The notes beneath the pieces are model-generated. The model had not been told where the DNA came from and did no database searches. It saw nothing but the letters and a program-made list of their open reading frames with translations. From Atractiella rhizophila (lineage: Eukaryota), in NCBI GenBank assembly GCA_021432655.1, contig MU271477.1, positions 1 through 57,028 of the forward strand: a stretch of 57,028 nt of DNA. Reading direction: 5' to 3'. The translations under genes were made by a program, and so were the position numbers. This document shows positions 1-11,886 of this stretch, one piece after another. Numbering within the stretch: position 1 is the stretch's first letter; every line of letters begins with the position of its first letter.

Positions 1-2037
1 CCAGATGTGACATGATTCCAGAACTCGTGGTCCTTATCATCCACCCTCTCTTCTAGAGGTTCGATGCGTCCAATGACCCTTGCAAATTGTCCTCTTCCAC
101 CAGTCTGCTTCTTATGGGTATAATTGAACTCTGCTGCCTCCGTGATCGCCTCCTTATAGGCGACCCTGGGACGTCCAGAGACAGTTTCGACGTTATATTC
201 TCGCTTCATCCGCTCGATATAGATCTCAAGATGCAGCTCACCCATTCCGCTGATAATCGTCTCTTGACTATCGGGATCGACGTGGACGCGGAAAGTTGGG
301 TCTTCGCGCTGGAAGCGTTGCAGGGCTTTGCTGAAATGAGGTGTTTCTTGGCCCTTTGGCCGGATGGCTAGGGAAACGACGGGGTCGGGGACAAACATCG
401 AGCTCTGTGGGTACATCCGTCTCTCGTTAACGGGTTCTGCATGAAAGAAGGAGAAGTAGAGACGAACCATGGTCAGCTCACTCCCGTTGCTAGCTGTTGT
501 AAGGGTATCTCCAGACGCGCACTCAACGCCAAAGATTGCCGCAATCTCTCCAGCACCAACCTGATCTACTTCCTCCATCTCTTCACTATGCATTCTCACC
601 AACTTTGGAACCTTGGTCTTTTTCCCAGTCCTCACGTTTACCACAATCGTGCCCTTGGTCAACACACCCTGATATATCCTCACGTAAGTGAGTTGTCCAA
701 ACCGGGACTCTTCCAATTTGAACGCCAATGCAAGAAGAGGCCCAGTGGCGGTGGGAACGAGAGGGACAGAAACGCTAGTTTGTTGCGGCTTCGGGACTGT
801 GAGTGCGTTTGACGAGACTTCGTAAGGAGCAGGAAGGTAAGAACAGACTCCGTCAAGGAGCGGTTGGACAGCCAAATTAGAGAGCGCTGATCCCATGAAG
901 ACTGGCGTGAACCGACGAGAGATGGTAGCGCGTCGAATGGCCGACTGTTCACAACATCAAAACATCACAAACGCTCAAAGACGAAAATGGGAACGAACAG
1001 CAAGATCCTCGTTAGTTATTGGCTCTTCGGCAATGAATTTATCTCCCAATTCCTCGTCTGCATCAGCAACGCACTCGACGAGCTCCGCTCGATATTTATC
1101 CACCGTCTCCTTCAGGTTTTCTGGAATTTCCTCACTTCTCAGTAGCTCAATCCTATTCGAGAAGCAAATCCAGTCACTTAAAGAAATAAAAAGTAACGAG
1201 CGACAAACCCCTTGGTACCTCCATTTCTGTAACACACGCCCCAAACCAAATCCACCACTCCTTCAAACGTGTCTTCACTCCCGATTGGCACCTGCGCGAG
1301 CGCTGCATTCAGCTTAAGTTTGTTCCGTAGCTGTCCAAGGACTTTAAAAGGATTTGCGCCAGGCCTACAATCCGGAGCAAACGACCCGTGAGTATGGGTT
1401 GGAAGTGATGAAGGGAAAAGGGCTCACCGATCCATTTTGTTGACGAAACATAACCGTGGAATATCGTATCGCTTCATTTGGCGGTCAACGGTGATTGTTT
1501 GACTTTGAACTCCAGATACGGCGCAGAGCACGAGTACTGCGCCATCCAAGACTCGAAGAGCTCGTTCGACCTCAATCGTGAAGTCGACGTGGCCTATTCG
1601 CGCACTTCGTCAGCACTCAGGTTTTGAACGGAACTCGAATGAAATGTACCAGGAGTGTCAATGATATTGAACCAATGTTTGTTACCCTTCACCCCGTCCA
1701 CCTTTGCGCCATCTCCCTTGATATCCCATTCGCAAAAAGTCGCCGCCGACTTAATGGTGATACCTTTCTCCCTCTCCAACTCCATGCTATCCATCTTCGC
1801 TCCTACTTCATCCTTCCCCCTCACCTCATGAATTGAAGCTATCCTTCCAGTATAATAAAGTACACGCTCTGTCAAAGTTGTCTTTCCAGAGTCGATATGT
1901 GCACTAATACCCAAATTCCGTAAAGGAGCGAGACGCGCATAGTCTGCCGTATTTAGACTGAGCGTGGATGGTGCGGAAGTCGAGGCATAGCGCCGAAAGG
2001 ACTGCCCTAAACGGGGGAGCAGGCGTAGGGGCAGCAT
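1..2037 (-). CDS. MEF1: Mitochondrial translation elongation factor G (multi-exon, runs off the window's left edge)
   Basis: Presequence-like N-terminus [20 protein letters not shown]; motifs [44 protein letters not shown]; later exon [20 protein letters not shown]. Confidence 0.95.
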
Positions 2038-3708
2038 GTATGGTCGAAAATGTGGTCAAAAAAAGTTTCCCACAAGGTTTGGGACCTTTGCAAAGAAGGC
2101 TCGCATAAAGAAGCACTCGTCGCCAAATAGAAGGCTCGAATTCGCAACTTTGCCAGTCTGCTTTTACGATCACGGCTTGGAACCGTTTTGGTGTGTATTA
2201 TTGCTTCGAGAGTTGTTGATGGGTGCATAATTGCTAGTGTTGAGGGGTCCCAGTGAGTGAGTCCCCGTTTTAGTGAAGTAGGGGATGTGGCCTCGATGAG
2301 GGCCGTCATTTGCTCTTTTTTTCAAGGTTACATGTTGTGTTCGTTCTAAAGAACGCTTGGAGTCTCCTTATGAGCAAAAGAAGTGGTTCCCACTTCATGT
2401 CTGTAGCGTCTCCTCCTGCCTTCGCTTCTGCTATCAAGGGAGAGGCACTGTGCCCTTTTGTGCATCTACCCCGTTCAGAAATAGTAAGCATCTTCTTCAG
2501 CCTCCAAATTTGAAGTGTTCAACCAAGGACTCCTCGTTGTACCGGAGCCGTGAAGTTGAGCAATCCAGCAGCTCGTGAATAGCTCTGAGTGCGCGCATAA
2601 AATGAACCTACGCATTCATGACGATGATCAGACTTTTGAATGGAGTGTCCAACCCATGAAGCTCAATTTATGCATCCACATCAATAAAGAGAAGGACGTA
2701 CTCAAAAGATTCAGGCATAAATGCCCCGGTTTCTTTCGTGCCAAGTGTCAATCTGGGCTTTTCTCTCTTCCCCTTCGTCTGCGCAAGGCGGACATACGGT
2801 CTATCGGACAATTCTCATCCTATTTTGAACACTAAGTCACGTCGAATTTGTGGTCTTCAAAAGTTCAAAGTTCAAGGGAAATGAATGCAGTCGCATCTTG
2901 CATTCCTCCTCCCTCAGCGTCCCGCGCCCACGTCCCCTAGTCAGACGGTGTCATTTGTGGCGGTCTTTCATGCAACTCCCAGGAAAAGGTTGGAAGTCAA
3001 AGCACCACGACAGAGTGGCCGTCAATTGATTTCAGTTGATCACGAGTCGCGATCTGCTGTTGACCTTCTCTGGCTCGCACCTAAAAAAGGCATGACTTTG
3101 CATCAGCGTCTGAGCTTCAGCGGATCCACTTCAGAATCATATCAGTCAAAGCGTGAGGAGCAAATTAAGAAGAAGCTCCTTGGAGTGATCCCGGTTTGCG
3201 AATCATCGCTGCATCAAGAGCAGGAAGACCTGAAGACCTGCAAGAAAAACCGATCCGCCTCGTGTTTCCAGAGCAATAAAATCCAAACAACCAAACAAAA
3301 ACTTTATCGGGAGCTCGTTGCACCCCTTTTCGACTCTTCCCCTGATTCTATTCGCCCCTCTGTTCACAGGGACGCACTGAAAGGGTGAATGATCATGCAA
3401 TAACTCCCCTTTGTGCAGAGGATGCAGTGGGCAGCGATGGGGCTTCCCGCTGGGATGACATTACGAAAAAGGGATCTCCATGCATGAGAAAATTATGAAG
3501 GTCAAGCGAACAACGATCAATAAACAGCCGAACTCAGCTTATGCTTAAATGCTCTAAAATAGCCAATATAACGAGGCCACGCCTCATTCCAAATCTTTCC
3601 CCGTTTGCTCCCCTCACATTTTTGCCCGCTTTCCCTCATCCTCCTACTTTCAAGAAGGGATCAGGACGATTCTCAAGTGATTGAGTGAGATAGGAAAAGA
3701 GAAGCATC

Positions 3709-5879
3709 ATGTCCTGTGAGTCCTTTATAGACCTTTTGCTTCCTCGTGTGTAGAATGCTGCGAAGCTAACGCCTTTGTCTTTTCTTTTCCTTTGTCCCTT
3801 CAAAGATCAATCCGATCAGCGTGGCAGACCATCGGTAGCGAACAGACAGGAAGGAACCAGAGGCTCAAGAACGTCGATCGAGCTGAAAGGTGAATCCCCT
3901 GGTCCATTGCCCCCTCAACAATCGACAAGCTCGGCGACAAAGAGACGGAGAAATGGATCTGCAAAAGCTCCTCTGCCCACCCCACACACAACTCAATTCT
4001 CCCTCCCTCCCAATCCAGCTCGTGCTCAGACATCTTCTCCTCCTTCAACTGTTCGACCTCGCCGATCAAGTCCTCGAGCTCGACATGGCACCCCATCGTC
4101 GTTGGATTCACAGGACGAAGTCCAGCTCCACACTGGTCGTCCCAAAGGACAGGCTGGAAGGGATGAGAGGGGTAACCTGCTCCCTCCTCTATATCATAAG
4201 GACGGTGATGCAAGAATGCGTGGTTACAAACTCGCTCTATTGGAGATCGATCGTGACGACGTGACGAACTTGTTCAAGATTCGGAAGACGTTGGATTGGG
4301 CATGCAGCGTTGCAGAGCAGGCTATCTCTTTGGAAGAACAGAAGAGGATGGCACGTTATTCGGAAGAGATTGTGAGGGATGGTGATGAGAAGACCTTGCC
4401 CTTCTCGTTCTTTGCACAGGAAGTAAGTCTTTTCTCTTTTCTGACCCGAACTCGCGGACAGCAAGGTTAACTGAAGGGTTGGATAGCCGGAGCGCTTCAT
4501 GAGAACTCCTTACGCTGTCCCCGTCCCTTCTGCCCCTCCCGTATCGGAAGACACAGCGTTTCGGGAGTTCCGGCGCAAGCGACATATCCTAACTGATCCA
4601 CAGTCGAACAAGATCGCACATCAACAACGAAAAATCATGGCTTCCTACGCCCAGAAGCTGATCGATCGCGTACGTCGTCTGAAGGACAAAACCGGCGCAG
4701 ATATGGAACAAGGATCAGTGCTGTCTTTCCCCCGATCCCTTATCGATGAGAGTGAACCATCCTACGACGGTGAATACCTGCCAACCTTGAGGAGTTCGCG
4801 ATACGTTAGAATGCAGAGAAAGCTCCTCGAGTACGAACAGGCCCAATCTCCAGGCAGCGCACCGCCAACCCTCATCGACTATCTCAAGCCTCACATTCAG
4901 GACTACGTGGATATGTGGCTGGGTGGGCCTCAGAATCCCGAATTCGATTTAGAAGTCGAGATATCCTATCGTGAAATCGACAAAAAGGTGCAGGAGGACG
5001 AAGATCACCAACCGCCACCTGCACCCGAACCGACCCCTGTACTCAGTGGTGACGCGAATGCTCCGTTACAACCGCAGTCGGCAGAATCTCTGGCGTCAGC
5101 CCGTTTCGAAAGCGAGAGGCTCGTTTTTAGGGCTGCTGGGGAGAAAGAAATTGATCGAAGCCTTTCTCCTTTGGTACGGCAAGAGTGTGATGTGCGGACA
5201 TTGAAGGCTAATCCATCTGTGGAAACACAGTCCGCTTCAAATGTAGCTGCTCCAAGGGTCCATGCCAACCATTCAAGCACGGGAGAGGGCGAGGAAGTGG
5301 GCGTGAAGCGGGGGCATGACGGTCGCCCGTCGTCGAAGAAGCGGTGGATGTCAGACGATAGTCTGAAGATTCGTAAGCAAGGCGGAGCTGTCATTACCGT
5401 CAACGATCTCGGGATGCAAGTTCTCCCTACGACGGTCGTAGTAGACACCAAAAAGAAGAGAAAGCGAGACGAAGAGGTTGATGGGGTTTCCAGTAAAAGA
5501 GTAAGACGACCTCCAATATGGCCGTAATTTTCTAACAGTGGTTTCTCAGGTTCGGACAACACGACACTTCGTTCATCTAGATCCAATACCTCATGCTGAG
5601 CGGCCGGAATTTCCGTACGACCTCACTGCTCACATCATACCTCCTCCTGCTCCACCTCGGAACGAATTGACCAGCGAGAATGTCTTCGAACTGAAAGAGC
5701 GGCACTTAGGACCATACACCATCACCGGAAGTCGGGACGGTTTACAATCTTGGGATGAGGAGAATAACGATGGCACTTATCTCGAGCGAGATCTGGGGTA
5801 CGCCCCATCCTCTGGCTACCGTGGTCGCAGGACCGTTCTCGTATGGCCCATTCTTCTTGATTGCGAACGACCGTGCTGA
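3709..5879 (+). CDS. Hypothetical multi-exon protein; 3' end uncertain (may extend to ~6300)
   Basis: ATG micro-exon 3709-3715, GT-AG intron 3716-3805 in phase with ORF 3775-4470; then ORF 4499-5500, intron 5501-5549 and ORF 5550-5879. No family recognised. Confidence 0.5.
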
Positions 5880-6695
5880 CTTCTTTAAATGTAAGGACGA
5901 AGACGAACTCATTGCCGCAGCTCGCGCTGATCCTGAGCATCCGTTCCCGAATGGTGTCCCGAGGTGCTACGCTGATCAGGCTCGGAAACCCATGGATGCT
6001 AAGATGAATGATTGGCTTGTAAGTCTTTGCATCCTCCACTGTTTCCGACATGCGTCTAACGTGTTGGACAGACCAACTATACATACCCGAAGGCTACACC
6101 TGAACAAATGGTCGGCGCGTTACTCCCACCGGCTTATCCTAATTGGTCCTTCGTATACGATTACGAGTAAGTGGTGATACGTTCTTATCTAAATTATTTG
6201 ACCAAACTGTAACCTTTAGACTTAACTACGAGATTGTGCGAGCCCCAACGCCTCGTAAAAAGTACTTTTGAGCAAGGGGTTGAGGAACGCGAGAGGGGGC
6301 TCACTTCATCTACAATCAGCATTCCAGAGCTAAATTATACCACCACTTCATTGTTTCCGGGTGTTCAATTAAGTGTCAACCGTACTGTTGTAGGTTTCAA
6401 AATATTCCTTGAAATTTCCTTTATCCGTACCATCTCCTGTCGGCATTTCTTTGTTATGTGTCGTGGGCATCGATGGCTGACGATATGTGCCCATCCGGTC
6501 CATTCCTTAATCCTTTCGTCGCGGCCGTTGAGCTATCTCTTGGCTGCTATATGGCTGGCAATGTACTACTAATACGTGCTCTGACATTGGGATATAGAAG
6601 AGGTGACACAATTTATCCCCGTTTGATTTACTTTAAACATAGAAGCATAATCACATAAGTAAAGAACAAGGAAAGGGGGAAGTAACATATGTAGC

Positions 6696-7989
6696 TCATC
6701 GCCGTCCCGACACGGGAGGGACTTCTGAAGGGGACGCGTGAGGCTGAACCTGCGCAAACTGCGCCACTGCAGCAGTGATAGGTCGTGAGGGATCAATCAT
6801 TGGTGTCGGCTCGAGATCCGGATTCTCATCGCCTTCTTGCATCTGCTGCATCATCAAAGTATTTTCTCAGTCACTGGAAAGGAGGGAGGACACGGTAGAA
6901 GCTCACAATAAGATCAGAATCAATGGTCATATCATCTAGTGCTTCCTCCGCCTGTCCCCTCTCCTTCTCCTTGCCCTTCCCAGCCTTCTTGCCATTTTGT
7001 CTATTCGCATAATCTCTTCTGAACCAATAATCCTTCGAAAGACTCCAGAACTGCGAGTTGGTCAGGACTGGCCGTCCATCATCGACAGCAGCGTTGTACA
7101 GTTGACCAGACGTCCGGTCTCGGATGTCGTTTGCAATCATCAACGCCACGCCTTCATAAATCTCGTTCGCTCGCTCCATCCCGAACTCTGCGCGCAAGTA
7201 GGCGAAAATTGAACGACCGTAGGAAGCGAGCAGATGCTCCGGAGTTCCATTCACTTCTGTTTCGAGGATGTTGTGCTCTCTGTTGATTTGGTTGAGGTGG
7301 CGCCCTAAGGTCTCCATGACTGAATCGGCGATGATTGCATGCTCCTAATGCCCAAGTTACTGAGAAATTTCATGACGAAATCATCGAGACGCACGAGAAC
7401 TTGGTTGGAGTTTGCTTGAGTCAATCTCAGTGCAAGCCAACCTGTATCGGGTAGAGCATCTGTGCCTGCCTTTGGAATCGGATAGGTCTTGACGAATTCT
7501 GAAGGTTCTGGAGATCCTCGAGCCCTTTTCTCGTCCTCTTCTACTTCGCGGTACCACTGCTTGTGGGCCTCCAGGTTCTCCATTGATAGAGGCAGGTAGG
7601 GCGCCTCGGCTGCTTTTTGCTGTTGTACCTGTGGTCGCGCAAGGTGATTCTGGTCCGATGTTGGATTGGTGGAGATATCTGTCCTCTGCTTGCCACAAAA
7701 TACTACGCTCAGACTCCTCCATTCATGGCACTGACAGCCTTAGGAACAACGGAAGACTTACAGAACGTTCAGGCCCATATCTCCCACCAGGTAGAGGACG
7801 AGGAAGAAATCCGTAATCCGTTGTTGCAGTAAGCTGCTCATGGTCATCAGCATTCACCTTGATGCTGCTGCCATTTGTATTGTTCTGAGCGGAGGCGGGT
7901 TGCGAAGCAGCTCTTTGGGCTCGTTTGGGTAGGGGAGAGATAAAGCGTCTTGCATTCAAAACTTCTTGCGGTGGTGCAGGATGGGACAT
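6696..7989 (-). CDS. Hypothetical multi-exon protein
   Basis: Chain of protein-like minus ORFs (7989-7723, 7583-7305, 7317-6871) with intervening GT-AG introns; final exon MQEGDENP...SGRR stop at 6696. Confidence 0.5.
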
Positions 7990-8795
7990 TGTAAGATGTC
8001 TGCGCTAAGACGCAGGAACTTTTGTTCTTTAGTTGAATGTGTCTTCCGTGATTGTTGCCTTAAAAGACAATAAGAGCGACCCGGCAACAATAACTCAGCA
8101 AAGAACTTACGTGACTTGTTTAAAACGCTCTAAGCTGCTGCTTCTCTTGCGTAACTTCGCAATCCTCCTTTGTGGGATGGTTCAGTAACAAAACGCTGAT
8201 CAGGTATGCCCCCCCACGTTACAAGGAATGCTATCAACTGTGCGACCTAACTCAAAAGGACAGTTCTATGAAACGCTCCGTAGATGCGATAGAGAGAACT
8301 GATGTTAAGCGGTAGAGGACGATGGTCGAAATTTGGGAGACAATCAAGGGAGAATCACGTGGTTGCACGTCAACACGTCCAAACAAACATTTCATGCTGA
8401 CATGTGACTGGTTCAAGAGCTCGCATTTCATTGCGCTCTGCTCTCCTTAGATAACGCTGTGTATTGTAGTATGGCGATCGAGATGAAGTCGGAATCACAA
8501 AGAAATGTTTATTTGACTTAGAGCCATCTTCATGAATATCGACTTGCAGTCGAAAACGAGCCAAAGGATTGATGGATGATCCTTTGCTTCAGCCGCCTCA
8601 CGAACGGGAATGTATCCGACAGGTGTCTTGAATGGCGCAGGCCCCTTTTAAGCCATCCAGAATGATCAAGCAACTAGAGACGACGCAAAACCCAAGGCAC
8701 AACGGGAGGAAATGCAGAAGCATTATCATCTGGAGGCAATGATTCATCAGTAATTCACTCAAGGGGCGTGGCGCAATCCATACTTCAATTGAAAA

Positions 8796-11775
8796 TCAGC
8801 GCCTCTTCTCCCTCTTAGCTCTTCCACCAGGAGCAGCACCTTTGCGATCAGCCTGCCGCCGATTTTTTGTATCCACTTGATCGTAAAAGTTAGTAGCCTT
8901 TTTCTTGCTTGTCTTCATCCTCTTCTCCTTTGTAAGCTTTGAATCAGGCTCGTCGTCATCGAAGTCGGCAGCTATTCCAACAGCGATTCACGTTCAGTGA
9001 CCTAAAGAACTGAAGACTAAAGAGACCTACCCCGTTTCTTCCCTTTCGGCGGTACCTGGGCCTTCATTGATGCCTGCGCAGCTTTCGATCCAACTTTGGA
9101 TTTTGGCTTGGATTTGGAAGATTCGGCTGGTGGAGGGGTATTGACGAAGATTTCAACCGACTGTTCGCTCTCTTCATCCCAACCATCTAAATCTTCATCG
9201 CCATCCTCATCCTCATCCTCATCTGCGTCCTCATCCTCGTCCTTGTCCTCAACAGCATGCATGAGGCGTTCCACTTTGCTACTGATAGACTTCGTCGGCG
9301 ATGTGCGACCATTGTTCATAAGGTCATCCCAATCGATTTCCTCTTCATCACCCTCTTCCTCTATCTCGTCTTCCTGCTCAGCGACAGCGGATGCGCCTTC
9401 CGCCTCCTCTTCATCGCCCTCATCTTCCTCCAGGAAACGGCCCTTCTCTCGCACCACCTGGTGTAATGGTTGAGCGACTGCTTTAAGCCTACCAACCTCC
9501 ACTTCAGGGTTCTTCGCGGTATTCTTCTCCTTTTTCTTCTCTGTCACCTTTTCTACATGCATCTTCTTCTCAGTACCGTCTTGCCCTTTCGATTCTGTCT
9601 CAGGGGGACGCTCAAAATACGGAATCCTCCCTCGTATCCAGTCGTTGAGCACCATGATGGAGGTTGTTCTCAAATCTGCTTCTCCACCCTTCAACAAGCG
9701 ACCGCTCTTCCGTGACAGTACGTCAAGAAAATCCTCGGCAGTCCCGTCCCACTTCCATGCATCGTAGAGACCGTAAGTTCGCCGAATGTAGTCAGGTTTA
9801 ACCCGTGCGAGAAGGGGAGCAATGTGATCTTGTGGAGAGGACAAATGTTCGACTCGGACGACGCCTTTCAACACCTTCTGTGCTTCGGTATCGCGAGCGG
9901 AAGCGGGAACGATACCAGGACAGTCGATGAGGTAGATACGGCGCATGAGAGTAATATATTGCCACACCTGCTCAGAAGCGTAACTCATCAGTATGTAGGA
10001 TGCTGTCGAGTGTAAATCACTGACTTTCGTCTCTCCGGGAATTGGCGCAACATTGCACACCTTCTTTTTCTTCAAGGTATTGATAATACTCGACTTCCCG
10101 ACATTAGGATATCCGAAAAATCCTACAGAGATCTGTTTTTTGTCGTTGAAAAGAGTGGAGAATTGGCGGAGGAGCGATATGAGGGAACCTTTCCCAAATG
10201 AGTTGTTGATGGATGCGTGGAAGGCGATGGTCGGATTGAACTGAGAAAGGTATTTGACCCATCGCGCCTATGTCAGTTTTCAACTATGTGTTAGTATTGT
10301 CATTGTGAGGACTTGAAATAATTATGTGCGAGTATTAACTAAGAAGTGCGGCACGTCTTTCCCTTTTTAAGAGGTAATCGACTAGCCTGTCTTTCAACTG
10401 CAAGTCCGAACTTCTACTCTTTTAAAACTTTCGATCTTCCACAAACGTAACGGTCATTCCCTCATGTTGTCCCTTGATAGGGTTAGGAGGACCTGACTTG
10501 TTGTGGTGCAAGGAATGCCTTGAAAAATGATGAGAAAGACTCACAGCTACCCAACCAGGGACCAGATCGATCTTATTGAGTACCCAAACAAGCTTCTTCC
10601 CACGCTTTTCCTTCGCCAAATATTTCTCAATGTGCTCGCAGCGCGTGCCCAAAGGATCTCTCGCATCCAGGACATTGATCAAGACATCGGAAGAATCAAT
10701 GACCTATTCGTCTCGTCTCTCAGCTTCGGCGACCACAGAGGACACAAACTCACCTTGTACAATTCCCCCCAAATCCTCTTCGACGTTCCTGCGCTGAGAA
10801 TGTAATCCGGATTCACATCGTTTAACTGCATTTCCTCCTCCACGCCCTCCACGGCATCCACGGGCTGGGCTTCCGCTGGTCCATCAATTGCAACCTTCGA
10901 ACTGCTTGCCACTGGCTCAGCCGCCGTTTTCGCAAGGTCCGCAAAACCGCCCTCGCCCATCTCCAACCGTGGTCGTTTTCTCTGTGCCTTGGGACCAAAA
11001 GTCTGAGCGAACGGTTCGACCGCGGTGAGAGAGGGTTTCGTCGTCGAGGTTGGATCGCGCAAAAGCGTCATGGGCAGCTTGTTCTGCCTCAGCACGACAG
11101 AATAAGGGTCATTGGATTTCGCAGAGAGATTTTCGCGAAAGTGTTGGAGCGCCGTTTGGGATATGACACGGGTATTTCCTGCAGAGACACCAGTCAGGTT
11201 ACTGAAATCAAGGAATTAAATCTTGCAAAAGAAACATGAAGTTGGTATCCTGGATTACTTTTCACCGTTTCTCTCGGGAAAACAGTGGGGCAGCATGTCT
11301 GGTGGATCCGCTCTGCAATCAAGCTCCACGAAGACACACCAGCTGCGGCAAGACATGGAAAAGTTGTCTGTACTTAAACATGCCACAATACCCGCCATAA
11401 TAGTAGAAGCGAGAATGTGCAAGAGATTTGAATAGGGTGAGCACCAAGAACAGCGTTCATCTTTATGCAATGTGTAACTTCCACGAAAGTTACACCACCC
11501 CCCTGAATGACTACTCTCCTTCGCCCAAAGTAGTTCAGTGCGTCAAGAAACTCACCAAACCACCTCCGATCAGCCTCCACCCTCCCTGGTTTCACCTCCG
11601 CCTCCGTACTCTGGAACGGCGCAGCCTTGAGAATCTTCCCATCCCTATCCCTGACAGCCTTATGGCCGCTACTATACATCTTCAGCCTCCCGATCTTTTT
11701 CGAATCATTTCGATAGAAATTCGATCCTTTGACATGCTGCTTCGTCTCGTTAGGCTTTGATTTAGTGACCGCCAT
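8796..11775 (-). CDS. NOG2: Nucleolar circularly permuted GTPase Nog2 (GNL2 family, 60S biogenesis)
   Basis: NGP1NT motifs [32 protein letters not shown]; GTPase motifs [47 protein letters not shown]-terminal KKATNFY. Confidence 0.97.
10322..10508 (-). ncRNA. snR191: Intronic box H/ACA snoRNA, snR191/U19 (SNORA74) homologue
   Basis: Inside NOG2 intron 10268-10544. Pocket 1: AGUCA (10498-10494) and GUUAC (10451-10447) match LSU GUAAC-U-A-UGACU. Pocket 2: GAGU (10419-10416) and UAGUUA (10341-10336) match UAACUA-U-G-ACUC. ACA (10327-10325) lies 14 nt after the start of the pocket-2 3' strand. Yeast snR191 is also NOG2-intronic. Confidence 0.9.
11215..11540 (-). ncRNA. Candidate structured RNA in NOG2 intron 1 (intron 11179-11555, 377 nt)
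   Basis: Oversized intron with many helices: 9-bp perfect hairpin 11472-11480/11487-11495; 7-bp closing stem 11221-11227/11418-11424; hairpin 11263-11287 whose G-U pairs favour the sense strand. Confidence 0.5.
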
Positions 11776-11886
11776 CTCACAACTGTTTCTCACAAAAGTG
11801 GGGAGACGTTGTTGTTGATCGTTGTCGAAATTTTTTGGACTGACTTCTCATCTCGCATTTCTGAAAAGATCAAGTTTTACAAAACG
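11776..11886. promoter_or_regulatory. Bidirectional NOG2/NOC1 promoter with RRPE-like and PAC-like motifs
   Basis: About 110 bp between divergent ATGs; GAAATTTTTT at 11827-11836 and CTCATCTCGC (GCGAGATGAG on minus) at 11847-11856. Confidence 0.55.

Noticed and set aside
2885..3388. 167-aa ATG ORF between EF-G and the next gene
   Set aside because: No family motif or splice context; cannot be supported as a gene
5005..5586. Long antisense ORFs here and opposite other charged or low-complexity exons (e.g. 9096-9473, 52665-53285)
   Set aside because: Shadow frames caused by codon bias of the real sense-strand genes
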